Source of the DNA: a bacterium | Lineage (GTDB): Bacteria > SAR324 > NAC60-12 | Assembly: GCA_965233585.1 (NCBI GenBank) | Contig: CBDDTI010000747.1 | Span: forward strand, 1-64,000 | Direction: 5' to 3' | Length of the DNA stretch: 64,000 bases | Shown: piece by piece, positions 49,565 through 59,477 of the stretch | Layout: each line of letters begins with the position of its first letter | How positions within the stretch are numbered: the stretch's first letter is position 1 | Position numbers and translations under genes: made by a program | The notes under the pieces: generated by a model | The model's database searches: none | The model's input: the letters and a program-made list of their open reading frames with translations, nothing else | What the model was told of the DNA's origin: nothing

Positions 49565-49863
49565 CGGTCGCATTCAAGGTACCCCCAGCATTGTTGGTAA
49601 ATCTCCTTGTCTCTGCTGAAACGGTGTTGTTTTTGCAGAATTTGAATTTGCACTTGTTCAAACTGTCTCCATGATTTTTTTTGCTCCTCCGTATAATTTC
49701 CCCAGTTCGCAGGCAGTGTTAATTGGGCAGGTGGAATAAGTTCTTGAAACATCTGTCTCATACTTGGTTTTTTTGGAATTTCTGTATCAGCAGATTGTGA
49801 AGAACACGCCATGATGAAAAAGAAAACCAGATAACAGCTTTTGGTTTGTTTAAGTAGAGACAT
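49561..49863 (-). CDS. Small hypothetical lipoprotein (start uncertain)
   Basis: Hydrophobic stretch ending IMAC; fills the gap between flanking genes. Confidence 0.5.
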   Translation of the reverse strand: MSLLKQTKSCYLVFFFIMACSSQSADTEIPKKPSMRQMFQELIPPAQLTLPANWGNYTEEQKKSWRQFEQVQIQILQKQHRFSRDKEIYQQCWGYLECDR

Positions 49864-49927
49864 AGTTACTCAAAAAATTGTCCAATTTCATTGGGCTTAT
49901 TATTACTCCCAATTAATTTATTTTTCT

Positions 49928-50455
49928 ATGATTCAATCTTTTTTACAAAAAACACGTCACATTGTTCGTCAAAAAATTATTGACCCTATTTTCAAAAGTC
50001 AATCACCAGTTAAAGAAGTCAGCTGGGGTGTGGCAGTTGGCATGTTTTTCGGGCTGACTCCAACAATGGGGATTCAAATGTATATTGTCACAGGAATCTG
50101 GTTGATCCTACGTTTTTTCCCAAAAGGTTCATTCAATTTGCCTGTTGCCTGTGCAATGGTCTGGATTAGCAACCCGTTGACCGTGATTCCGATGTACTAT
50201 GTTTTTTTTGTAACAGGAGATTTATTACTTCACGGAACAAGTCAGGCTGGCTCTTTTGTGTGGTTTCGGTCTAAAATAGAACAGATTCAGGAAGATTTTC
50301 AAGGCATAGAATTCATCATCAAAATATTAGAATTTTTAATCGTTGATCTTGGCTACCCAATGCTTGTTGGGAGTTTACTTTATGCCATTCCTATCGCATT
50401 TGGTTCTTTTTTTATCACAAAACGTTTGCTTACCAGAAGGGGAAAAACCGTATGA
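49928..50455 (+). CDS. DUF2062-family membrane protein
   Basis: SWGVAVGMFFGLTPTMG...NLPVA...WISNPLT. Confidence 0.85.
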   Translation: MIQSFLQKTRHIVRQKIIDPIFKSQSPVKEVSWGVAVGMFFGLTPTMGIQMYIVTGIWLILRFFPKGSFNLPVACAMVWISNPLTVIPMYYVFFVTGDLLLHGTSQAGSFVWFRSKIEQIQEDFQGIEFIIKILEFLIVDLGYPMLVGSLLYAIPIAFGSFFITKRLLTRRGKTV

Positions 50456-51696
50456 AGTCTCTTTTCAAAAGTTTTTTAAAAAGTGGTCAAAGTGTGTTTC
50501 AAAATAGGAAACTTCAAAAATTCCACAAACTTTGCCAAACGAAACCTCATCAGGCGCATCGCTTAGCATTACAACTGCAACCCCAAAACTTTTCACCTGA
50601 ACAGTCCTACATGATTGGCAACAAACTTTATGAGTTTGGTGAAGAAGTTCAGGCACAAAAGTTTTGGAAGCATCTTGAAATCACTCAAGAACGGGTTGTT
50701 CTGAAATACATGGTCAGTTTTTTAACAACTCTTAGTATTTTATTCTTTTATTTTCTGATTTTTCAGTTGAACCCACGCACAGATTTTTTGGGGCAACTTG
50801 CATTGCAATATGAACAAGACCAAAGCAAAAGGTTGGATAACTTCTGGCAAACTTACAGGCAGTCCCAAACGAGGCAAAGTGAATATATGGGATTGGGTCA
50901 AACATGGCAACTTTTTAAACAGAAGTGGGAACAGCTTTTTTCGTCAGAAGAAGAAAAGTATGCGTCTCATTATGAGCTGCTTCAACAGCTCCTGAGGCGT
51001 CAACGGCATCTCCAGTTTAGCTCTGGTCCTGTGACTTTAAGGCAGGCTTTGGGTCGTGGTTTTGCTGATTCTCGTTCTTTTGATCTGGCAATAGCACAAC
51101 TTCAACAAAACTTAAAAGAAGCAAAAAGTTCCTTTGAAAAGTCTCAAATCTATGAAGAATTAGGTACGGTTTACTATTACCAAGGATACCTCTTGCAACC
51201 CAACGGTCTTGCTAAATATGATCTGGCATTGGTACAAAAATCTGTTGAAGCCTACGAACAAACAATCCCGCAATCTAGGAGTCCATATCTCTATGGCAAT
51301 TTAGGTTGGGGATATTATCTGCTTGAAAAATATGAGCAATCTTTGGAAAGCAGCCTGAAAGCGCTGGCTTTGCAACCCAAACTAGTCTACGTCCGCATGA
51401 ATTTAGGTTTAACCTACCTGCGTATGAAACAGCATGAAAAGTCTTTTGAAACTTACAGCAATTTTATTGAGCTGGCTCAGTTTTCAGATTACGAAGGAGC
51501 AATACGTGACCTCAAAGAGTTGTCAAGAGACTCTAGTCAATACCCTTTTGCAACCTTCATCACCGGTTATTTATACATGGAATCTAAAAATTATTACTAT
51601 GCAAGGCAGTACTTCAAAGATTTTTTGAATCGGTGGAGTGGAAACATGAAATGGAGAAATCAGGCACGTCAATTTTTAGAACAAATGTCGTCGTAG
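50452..51696 (+). CDS. Membrane-anchored TPR protein
   Basis: One TM segment, then TPRs (YEELGTVYYYQG, YGNLGWGYY, MNLGLTYL). Confidence 0.8.
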   Translation: MKSLFKSFLKSGQSVFQNRKLQKFHKLCQTKPHQAHRLALQLQPQNFSPEQSYMIGNKLYEFGEEVQAQKFWKHLEITQERVVLKYMVSFLTTLSILFFYFLIFQLNPRTDFLGQLALQYEQDQSKRLDNFWQTYRQSQTRQSEYMGLGQTWQLFKQKWEQLFSSEEEKYASHYELLQQLLRRQRHLQFSSGPVTLRQALGRGFADSRSFDLAIAQLQQNLKEAKSSFEKSQIYEELGTVYYYQGYLLQPNGLAKYDLALVQKSVEAYEQTIPQSRSPYLYGNLGWGYYLLEKYEQSLESSLKALALQPKLVYVRMNLGLTYLRMKQHEKSFETYSNFIELAQFSDYEGAIRDLKELSRDSSQYPFATFITGYLYMESKNYYYARQYFKDFLNRWSGNMKWRNQARQFLEQMSS

Positions 51697-51743
51697 CAGA
51701 ATTACTCTGTGGCTTTGCTGTCATTGCCAGCAGAGCAGACGTA

Positions 51744-53945
51744 TCAACCTCTTCTTTCCGAGTCATATCTTTTTCTGGTCGTCTCATCTTTGAGAATGTC
51801 ATAAGCCTGTTGTACAAGTTTTGACTTACTCTCAGCCTCTGCTTTAATCCATGAATACTCAGAACTTTGATGTAAATCTGGGTGATATTCTTTCATTTTT
51901 TGGTAATAGGCTGCTTTCACTTGAGCGGCAGTCGCATTTTTTGAAACACCTAAAACAGAGTAATAATCAGGAAGTGGTTCTGATGGGGCTTGGGGAGGAG
52001 GCTCTTGTTGAAACTGAAGACTTTGCACAATTTGTTGAATTTTGAGCAATTTTTCTGTGAGTGAAGGGTAAGGAGCATGAGCGTCATTAGTTTTTTTGGC
52101 AATGACTGCAACTTCTGCCTCTAATTCAATCAAACGATGGGTATGTTGCCCCTGTTCTTTGGCAATCCGCAAAACTTCTTGAGTTTTAGAAAGTGTGTAA
52201 ACAAATTGTTGTTTTGCCTTATTAGGTCGTCTTTTGGAATGTAAATTTTGTTTTAAAGGCATTGGTTCATCTTCAGAAATGCTAAACCATTGACCAATAG
52301 AGGCACGGTAATTCCTAAAGACAAAAGCTCCTCCTGTTCCTAAAGCGATGAAAGCAAGAGACATGAGCGTCCATTTAAACAAAGACTCTACAAAATTTTG
52401 CTGTTCAATTTGAGCCACTAATTCCAGTGCTTTGTCATGTGTTGGCTCTTCCCTTAAAACCAGTTGCAAAAGGGCGAAGGCTTTGTCATTTTGACTTCGC
52501 AACATGTCATTTTGTGCTTCTTGAATTAGTTGTAAAAAACGGATTTGTTTTTCAGCAAAATCTATCAGATACCTTGCCTCATTAAATGGCTGTGCAGTAC
52601 GGGCAATCTGCATTAGGGTTTTGATGCCTCTTTCAAACTGCTCTTCTTCAATTTGTTGCTTGCCTTTTTCAAACAAAACCAATGACTGCGTCTGGTCAAT
52701 CAATTTTTGAACTTCCAGTATTTCGTAATGATTTGGAAAGAATTGCAGTGCTTCTTGCATGAGTTTTTCAGCTTCTTGCCAGTTTTTGACAGCAAGGGCA
52801 TCGTTGATTTGTTGCAGGTAAATCTTAACAGAAGGCAGGCGTTGTCGCTCAGTCAGCTCAAAAGTGGTTGGAGTTTCAAGCTGATTTTGGTACTTCCTTG
52901 CCAATTCTATACGATTCTTTTTTTTCAACTGCTGAATGTATTGGACAGGAGGCATCGGACGTGGTGCTTGGTAAATTTCAATGGCTTTAGAATCTTCTGC
53001 GATGGCAATAAATTTACCTGTTGCACTGAAGTCAATGGCATCAGGAGCAATCAAAGGCTTGGACTCTAACAACTCTGCTTCTTGGTCTAAAAAATGAGTT
53101 TGAGACTTGGTAGCAATGGCAAAGGTCTGACTATTTCTTGATTGTTGAATTGACACTACCTCTTCGGTAATACTTTTTAAAAGCTGACCTTTGGTTTTGA
53201 GACGAGATTCAGGATTGCCCCATGCGATGTTTTTTTCTGCATCAATGGAGACCAAAATGTTGGAAGGTGTAAATTGTAGGTCTGTCAATGGAAAAAAGTG
53301 ATAATCCATGGGCTTGCTCGTGTATCCTTTTTGTAAGTTTATGATAGAAATAGAGCCTTGTTTTTGAGAAAGTGATGCCAGCCATTTTTCATCTGATGAA
53401 AGACTAAACAAAGCATGAGCCTCGTTGTCTATCGTCCAAAGCAGGGAAGGAGAATAAGGTGGGGCGAGTTCCATCTGCAAAATTTGATTCCGATCCACCC
53501 AGACTAATTTTTCTTTTTTCTGAGAGAAGAGAACAGAAGGCGGGTTGGAAGTCCTTGCGTCCCCACTCCAAAGCACATGAGAGTCAGGAAATTCTCCTTG
53601 TACTTGGATTGGAAGCTCTTCCAAATCCCACAAGGTGACTTGATTTTTGGACACCAGAGCCAGCTTTAAAGAATGAGGAGAAAAAAGAACTTTTTGGATT
53701 GTTTGGTCTTCAATAAGAAAATCAGAAATCGGCTTGCCAGTTTTTCTGTCGTAAGCTGTGATGAGAGAATCTTTTTTTTGAAAGGAATTTGATGCGGCAA
53801 TGATAAATGATTCATCAGGACTAAATGCAATAGAATGCACAGCATGATTGGTTGCAATAGTAGATTGATGAATGAGAAAAGGAGTAGATGCGACAATTTG
53901 TGGAATAAAAATAAGATTGATGAGGACAATTCTAATCAAAAACAT
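51744..53945 (-). CDS. WD40 + TPR + TM + C-terminal DnaJ (J-domain) protein
   Basis: Signal-like N-terminus, AFSPD/FSPH blades, TPR helices, TM (WTLMSLAFIALGTGGAFVF), DYYSVLGV...YHPD...AYDIL. Confidence 0.85.
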   Translation of the reverse strand: MFLIRIVLINLIFIPQIVASTPFLIHQSTIATNHAVHSIAFSPDESFIIAASNSFQKKDSLITAYDRKTGKPISDFLIEDQTIQKVLFSPHSLKLALVSKNQVTLWDLEELPIQVQGEFPDSHVLWSGDARTSNPPSVLFSQKKEKLVWVDRNQILQMELAPPYSPSLLWTIDNEAHALFSLSSDEKWLASLSQKQGSISIINLQKGYTSKPMDYHFFPLTDLQFTPSNILVSIDAEKNIAWGNPESRLKTKGQLLKSITEEVVSIQQSRNSQTFAIATKSQTHFLDQEAELLESKPLIAPDAIDFSATGKFIAIAEDSKAIEIYQAPRPMPPVQYIQQLKKKNRIELARKYQNQLETPTTFELTERQRLPSVKIYLQQINDALAVKNWQEAEKLMQEALQFFPNHYEILEVQKLIDQTQSLVLFEKGKQQIEEEQFERGIKTLMQIARTAQPFNEARYLIDFAEKQIRFLQLIQEAQNDMLRSQNDKAFALLQLVLREEPTHDKALELVAQIEQQNFVESLFKWTLMSLAFIALGTGGAFVFRNYRASIGQWFSISEDEPMPLKQNLHSKRRPNKAKQQFVYTLSKTQEVLRIAKEQGQHTHRLIELEAEVAVIAKKTNDAHAPYPSLTEKLLKIQQIVQSLQFQQEPPPQAPSEPLPDYYSVLGVSKNATAAQVKAAYYQKMKEYHPDLHQSSEYSWIKAEAESKSKLVQQAYDILKDETTRKRYDSERRG

Positions 53946-54188
53946 TCAATTCAAAAGACAAAAAGTGGCAGAAAATATCCTTCAAAAGCCAAGCAAATTT
54001 TAGTCCATTTTACCAAATGCTATCTTGAAATAACTCAACCCTCGTTAAAAAGGAATTTGATGCTTGGTATTGTAAACCTTGAATCGTTTTTAGCACCGCT
54101 GTTCAGTAGCTACTGCAACACTTGATGGGGAACTCTTTTGCAGTAGGTGATGGATTTTTGCTTTGGCAGGAGTCATAGGAAGGTTTTA

Positions 54189-54228
54189 TGAGTCATTGAG
54201 CTTGCTTTTGCAAGCCTGAAATGACTCA
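54189..54228. terminator. Hairpin downstream of mdh
   Basis: TGAGTCATT..GCTTGC-TTTT-GCAAGC..AATGACTCA; no clear U-tract. Confidence 0.45.
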
Positions 54229-54263
54229 AAGAAGTTTGATTTTGACTGATTTGAGCTTGCTTT

Positions 54264-55247
54264 TTACCCTAATAGGTCTGCAACATCATCTCTTTCTTGT
54301 TCTAGTTCTTGAGCAGAAGCGTCAATTTTTTGACGGCTGAAGTCGTTAATTTCCAAGCCTTGCACAATGCTAACATTTGAACCATCACTTGTCAGAGGAT
54401 AACTAAAAACAAGCCCTTTTTGGATTCCATAACTTCCGTCAGAGACAATGCCTGCACTAAACCAGTCGTTTTGGGGGGTAGGATTGAGGATACGTTTGGC
54501 AGTATCTAAAGCAGCGTTCGCTGCAGATGCAGCAGAAGATGCTCCACGTGCTTTGATGATTGCGGCACCTCTTTGCTGGACGGTGCTGATGAAGTCATTT
54601 TTTAGCCATGCTGTATCAGAAATCACATCTGTTGCAACTTTGTCTGAAATTTGAGCATGATAAAAATCTGGGTATTGAGTCGCACTATGGTTTCCCCAAA
54701 TGGTCATATTAGAAACCTCGCTGACTGCAACATGTGCTTTTTGAGCAAGTTGAGACTTCGCCCGGTTTTCATCAAGTGCTGTCATGGCAAACCATTGACC
54801 AGAGGCGATTCTTGGGGCATGACTTTTGGCAATGAGGCAATTTGTATTACATGGATTACCAACAACAAGAATCCTTGCATCATCTGCTGCGACAGCTTCA
54901 ATGGCTTGTCCTTGCTCCACAAAGATTCCAGCATTTTTACGCAACAAATCTTTTCTTTCCATACCTGCCTGACGTGGAGCAGAACCGACTAGAAAAAGCC
55001 AGTTTGCATCGGCAAAGGCTTCTTCGGCACGAGATGATGACTTGACGCTTGCAAGCGTATTGAAGGCACAATCGTCAAGCTCCATCTGGACTCCTTCTAA
55101 TGCTTTCAACGCATTCTCAATTTCTAAAAGTTGTAAATGGACTTGTGTCTCTGCCCCAAAAAGCTCACCTGAAGCAATACGAAACAAAAGTGAATATCCA
55201 ATATTTCCTGCCGCACCAGTTACGGCAACCCTGATTTGCTTAGTCAT
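54264..55247 (-). CDS. mdh: Malate dehydrogenase
   Basis: [45 protein letters not shown]. Confidence 0.97.
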   Translation of the reverse strand: MTKQIRVAVTGAAGNIGYSLLFRIASGELFGAETQVHLQLLEIENALKALEGVQMELDDCAFNTLASVKSSSRAEEAFADANWLFLVGSAPRQAGMERKDLLRKNAGIFVEQGQAIEAVAADDARILVVGNPCNTNCLIAKSHAPRIASGQWFAMTALDENRAKSQLAQKAHVAVSEVSNMTIWGNHSATQYPDFYHAQISDKVATDVISDTAWLKNDFISTVQQRGAAIIKARGASSAASAANAALDTAKRILNPTPQNDWFSAGIVSDGSYGIQKGLVFSYPLTSDGSNVSIVQGLEINDFSRQKIDASAQELEQERDDVADLLG

Positions 55248-55377
55248 ATAAACCTAGTCAATGAATGAAGTAAAAATTTAAGCTGTGAAACCCGTCATTA
55301 TAAGATGTTGTGTCACCTTTGGCAAGATTTGTGAGAGAGGAGAAGGTAAGTTTTTTTTGAAAGAAATGTCAGGTAGA

Positions 55378-55406
55378 AAAGGAATAGCAAGAAGTGCTAT
55401 TCCTTT
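55378..55406 (-). terminator. Intrinsic terminator ending the 62490-55421 gene run
   Basis: 12-bp stem AAAGGAATAGCA/TGCTATTCCTTT, 15 nt after the stop codon. Confidence 0.75.
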
Positions 55407-55420
55407 ATAGAAGCGGGATT

Positions 55421-56170
55421 TTAAGACTCTGCTTCAAACTCTGTAATTTGTTCTTGAATTTGTCTTGCAAGGTCTTTTTGAAGGATGTTCAGGTCATTGC
55501 CAGCAACCTCCAAATATTTTTTAGCTTTTTCTAAGTTATTTGGTGGAGTACCACATGTAGGATTTGAAGAAAAATAAGCGGCTAGTGCAAGGCTTGCGTC
55601 TGTTCTGAGTACGTCTTCTACGACATCAGGGTTGAGTTTTTCTTCATCTCCGCATAACTCGTTAAAGTTACCCCTTTTGAGAAACGCCATTGTAGAAAGT
55701 CTGACCACTCTGACAATCGCATCATCAGGGTCTCGCTCCACGGCTTGATTCATCAAATCCATGCCCTTGCTAAGATTCAATAGTTTAGGAATCCCCCAAG
55801 TCAGATCAATAGCAGCACCTGCTTGTTTGATTGTATTTGAACCCATCCACACTCCCGCTAGTGCATGATTTGGGTCAACTTGCAGAGCCTTCTCCAGTAC
55901 TTCTTCTGCTTCGTCCAGTTTGTTGTACGAAGAAAGCAATGCCCCGTAGTTAGCAAGAATCTCTACATCATTGGGACTTTCTTGCAAAAATTCTTCATAA
56001 CCCTGAACTGTCTCTTGAGTTTCCTGATCCATTGGGATTTCATCAAAACTCCTAGGATAAGCACCCAGAGACCAACTGACAATGTTGCCTATCAGAAAAG
56101 AACTGACCAGTATTTCTACAACCCCAATACCTCTTCTTCTTTTCTTTGTTCTACGATTACTCATAATCAT
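55421..56170 (-). CDS. Membrane-anchored/secreted TPR protein
   Basis: GGAG RBS, basic N-terminus and hydrophobic segment, TPR (LANYGALL...LEKALQVDPNH). Confidence 0.8.
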   Translation of the reverse strand: MIMSNRRTKKRRRGIGVVEILVSSFLIGNIVSWSLGAYPRSFDEIPMDQETQETVQGYEEFLQESPNDVEILANYGALLSSYNKLDEAEEVLEKALQVDPNHALAGVWMGSNTIKQAGAAIDLTWGIPKLLNLSKGMDLMNQAVERDPDDAIVRVVRLSTMAFLKRGNFNELCGDEEKLNPDVVEDVLRTDASLALAAYFSSNPTCGTPPNNLEKAKKYLEVAGNDLNILQKDLARQIQEQITEFEAES

Positions 56171-56295
56171 TTTTATCTCCTAATTTATAAATTGAATATC
56201 ATTTTATTGAAAGAATTGAAATACAAACCCATTATTCAAACGAGTTGTTCAGTAAAAATGTCTTGTTTTCCGCGTGCCTCCTTACAAATTAAAAA

Positions 56296-56610
56296 TTAAT
56301 CAGAAAAATAAAGTAATTGAATTTGTTCTAAGTATTCTTTGTATTTTTGCCTGCCTAAACTGGTCAAGCGATAAGTTGTAGTTTGATTTCTCCCCGCATT
56401 GCTTCTGTCCTCTAAGATGTAATTTGCTTCTACAAGTTTTTTCATGCTGATACTTAAGTTACCATCAGTTGTGCCAATTCTTTTTTTTAAATTGACAAAA
56501 TTGGCTTCTCCTTCTTTTGCAAGAATTGTCATGACAATCGCCCGCAAGCTAGAATGAATCAGCTTGTCAAGATTACTTTTTTGGTACCTGTTATTGTCTT
56601 CTTTTGACAT
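56296..56610 (-). CDS. Winged-helix transcriptional regulator (ArsR/HTH_34-like)
   Basis: LDKLIHSSLR..IL...F..LK..IGTTDGNLS..MKKL...YI...TTYRLTSLGR. Confidence 0.88.
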   Translation of the reverse strand: MSKEDNNRYQKSNLDKLIHSSLRAIVMTILAKEGEANFVNLKKRIGTTDGNLSISMKKLVEANYILEDRSNAGRNQTTTYRLTSLGRQKYKEYLEQIQLLYFSD

Positions 56611-57193
56611 GCTGGCTTGAGTTTTTTTGAAGAAAATAAGTCAAAGTCAGAGCAAAAAAACAAGAAAGACCCGCAACCAAATATCTTTGTGTAAAGTCTT
56701 CTAAAAGGAGACTAACCAATGCAGAAGCACACCAAAAACCGACAATCCATCTAACCTGAGGAAGAGCAAAGATCAAGCTAATCGTCATATACAAACTTGC
56801 CATCAAGATTGCAAAAACAAAGGGATAGACCTGAAACATGGCAGATTCCATTGAACTACTAAAGCCGATAATGCTAAGCAAAACCCCCTGAATGATCCAA
56901 AAAACTGTGAACTGTTTTCTGGGGGTAGAAAGCGTATGGAGCTTTTTGTGTGAACGCCTAACCGAAACAGAAGTTACCAGCCATCCAAAACCGATGATAA
57001 TTGCCCAAAGAGCTGTTTGATACAACAGTTGATTGACTTCAAAATATTGCACTCGCCAGCTGACGGTGAAACAAAGCCCCAGTAAAACATGCCAAAATAT
57101 TGCAATATTAGGGAGAATATTGATTTTTTCTTGTGCGGTATGAATCCACTCAATCAGGTTCTCAATTTCTTGTTTCGCTTCTTTCTTATCCAT
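56591..57193 (-). CDS. Polytopic membrane protein overlapping the regulator gene
   Basis: About 6 hydrophobic segments; 20-bp overlap with the wHTH gene. Confidence 0.75.
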   Translation of the reverse strand: MDKKEAKQEIENLIEWIHTAQEKINILPNIAIFWHVLLGLCFTVSWRVQYFEVNQLLYQTALWAIIIGFGWLVTSVSVRRSHKKLHTLSTPRKQFTVFWIIQGVLLSIIGFSSSMESAMFQVYPFVFAILMASLYMTISLIFALPQVRWIVGFWCASALVSLLLEDFTQRYLVAGLSCFFALTLTYFLQKNSSQHVKRRQ

Positions 57194-57294
57194 ATTTTTT
57201 AATAATTTGAGTTAATCAGTTTAGAACTTTCACTCAAATTTCAATTTCATTTGCTCCTCCTATGGTCTTTCACGTCAATCGCTTTTAACACAGC

Positions 57295-58644
57295 TTAAAG
57301 AATAAACTGAATCTTGACGATGTAGGCATTTTGAAAAGAAGACATACCATTTTCTGAATAGTCGTCTCCTACGCTACCTTGAGCAGAAAGAGTGACGGTA
57401 TAGTCTTCTTTAGCAAACTCTAAGTTCATTTGAGAGAAATAGCTTTTATCGTCAAGATTATAGAGTAAAACGGGGGTAAGTTCAAAATTTTTAAAAATTT
57501 GACCTGTTGCAAACCGCGTTTTGAAATAATTTTGACGATAGTTGCCTATTCTCAAAATCGTTAAATTCCTCCTTAGAAATCCCGCATACGGATTGCCACC
57601 GTCTCCCTCAAACCGTTTATCTTGATAGGCTTTGCCCTCGTGAGCAGATTCTAAACCGTCCCTGATCATTTCCGCTTCATCATCATTAAAACCTGCACCA
57701 TGATAAAAGTATTCAGAGATGAGACTCCAAGTGGTTGCTCCTGTATGCTGGAATCCGAAGACGTGGGAGTTATAGATTTGTTCAGGGTCAAATTGAAATT
57801 GATAGATTGCAGGTTGCACGATAGGATTCCGTTCGCTGACAGGCTGTTGTGGATTAGCAGGTCTTGCAGCGGCAGTTTGTTTTGGTGCAACTCTATACTT
57901 ATTGATTGATGAAGAGGTTTGAAAATAAACGATTGTATCTCCTCCAACCTCACTGGAAAAAATTGCACCTACGCCGTTTTGACCATCAGTGACACCTCTC
58001 AACAAGAATGAAATGTCAGCCGCCCCCTCAAAGAAGTTTTGGCTGAATTTTAAGACAACCTGTTGCTCTGAAAACTCATCTTCAAAAAGTGTTTCCCCGT
58101 AATAATCTGCAACGACACCTTCTACTGAAAAATCTCCAAAACGGCGGCTGACTCTGAACATGGTGTTGCCTGTCTTGAAATCGTCGTTGATTTTATCTTG
58201 TACAATCTCGGTTTCAGTGTTAGGAAGTAACAAATCTGCGGGATTGTCAAAGTAAGAGGTTTCTACTGATTGAATATACTTGCCAACCAGCACATTGGTT
58301 TTTCCAAAAACAGTGCGATAGTAAAACTCACTCAAGTACGCTTGATCTTCATGGTTGACGAGCGTCCCCAAGACACGAGCTATCAAGGCAGAACTCACTC
58401 CTTTCTTATAAGCAAAATTCAAATCAGGGACAACTTTGAGGTTAGTCTCATCTAGTTCTACTAATTCTCCATCAGGATTATTGACGTTATCCTTGCGAGC
58501 GATACTTCTGTCCATGAAAAGATTCAGCTCGTGAGAATGGCTCAAACGATACCCTTCTTGTTTTTTTAGTGAAAAGGAAGGTGATGCAGAATAAATCAAG
58601 CTGGGCATCATCAAGCTCAACACAAGCATTTTAGAAGTTTTCAT
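57295..58644 (-). CDS. Putative outer-membrane beta-barrel protein
   Basis: GGAG RBS, signal peptide, amphipathic strands (YLSEFYYR, SEYFYHGAG), C-terminal YIVKIQFIL. Confidence 0.72.
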   Translation of the reverse strand: MKTSKMLVLSLMMPSLIYSASPSFSLKKQEGYRLSHSHELNLFMDRSIARKDNVNNPDGELVELDETNLKVVPDLNFAYKKGVSSALIARVLGTLVNHEDQAYLSEFYYRTVFGKTNVLVGKYIQSVETSYFDNPADLLLPNTETEIVQDKINDDFKTGNTMFRVSRRFGDFSVEGVVADYYGETLFEDEFSEQQVVLKFSQNFFEGAADISFLLRGVTDGQNGVGAIFSSEVGGDTIVYFQTSSSINKYRVAPKQTAAARPANPQQPVSERNPIVQPAIYQFQFDPEQIYNSHVFGFQHTGATTWSLISEYFYHGAGFNDDEAEMIRDGLESAHEGKAYQDKRFEGDGGNPYAGFLRRNLTILRIGNYRQNYFKTRFATGQIFKNFELTPVLLYNLDDKSYFSQMNLEFAKEDYTVTLSAQGSVGDDYSENGMSSFQNAYIVKIQFIL

Positions 58645-58684
58645 AAGATTTTCTCCACAACAGGTCAATGAATTTGAAAGCTAT

Positions 58685-59413
58685 TTAGAGGTTGACCATC
58701 ATTTCTTTGCTGTAAAAATTATCAGGCAATTCCACTGGCTGATAATTTAAAAAATAGACAAATGTATCGGGTTCTTTTCTGATTTCATCTTGCACACGCA
58801 AGACAGACTGTAAAACCTGCCCATCAAAGTCTTTGTATTCATCATAAAAGACTGTTTTCAGCATCTTCCCTGAAATGGCAAAATGCTGGCTCTTTTTTGC
58901 CTGATAAGTCTTGTGATCTATCCACAGCATGATTTTTCTGTATTGAGCATGTTTTGTCTTTCCCTTTAGCTCTAGCACCCGCAAGTTAGGGTCTTCAGGG
59001 TCTGGCTGCATGTCAATAGGTTCGTAATCTAGGGAAAAGCTGACTGAAAGCACATCACCCACGCTGACACGACCTGTCAGCCTCTGTGTTTGGCTAATTC
59101 GCACAAGACGTTTGTTGCCCGGTATAAAGAACCAGAGGCTTTTAATATCTTCTCTAAACATGGTACGCCCCTTTTCTTTGGCAGGTACCGTGAACTTCAC
59201 TATGTTTTGAACGCCATCAGTATAGGCTTCTAGTTCTCTAGTCGTTTCACCGGGTGCAGAAATCCGCAAGTAGGTGAAAAAGTGAGGAGTACTTAGGGAA
59301 CGGTAGCGGTCTGTCTTTTGCAGAATTTCTTCTAAATTTTGAGCGTATGTCAGACTTGACATAAACACGACCCCAACCAATGGGGCAATCAAAAGTTTAA
59401 GGTTGTTCATCAT
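58685..59413 (-). CDS. Outer membrane lipoprotein-sorting (LolA-like) protein
   Basis: Signal peptide; F..PAKEKG, LWFFIP...VRISQTQRL.G..S.GD, Y.KI.LWID, SGKMLKT. Confidence 0.85.
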   Translation of the reverse strand: MMNNLKLLIAPLVGVVFMSSLTYAQNLEEILQKTDRYRSLSTPHFFTYLRISAPGETTRELEAYTDGVQNIVKFTVPAKEKGRTMFREDIKSLWFFIPGNKRLVRISQTQRLTGRVSVGDVLSVSFSLDYEPIDMQPDPEDPNLRVLELKGKTKHAQYRKIMLWIDHKTYQAKKSQHFAISGKMLKTVFYDEYKDFDGQVLQSVLRVQDEIRKEPDTFVYFLNYQPVELPDNFYSKEMMVNL

Positions 59414-59477
59414 TTTTTGTCCTATTAGTTTTTAAGGTTAAAAATTGGCTAGCCAAAAACAGCTAGCCATAGGGAAG

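Noticed and set aside
53835..54180. Small ORFs between the J-domain gene and mdh
   Set aside because: Short, no recognisable motif, and partly overlapping a real gene on the opposite strand.
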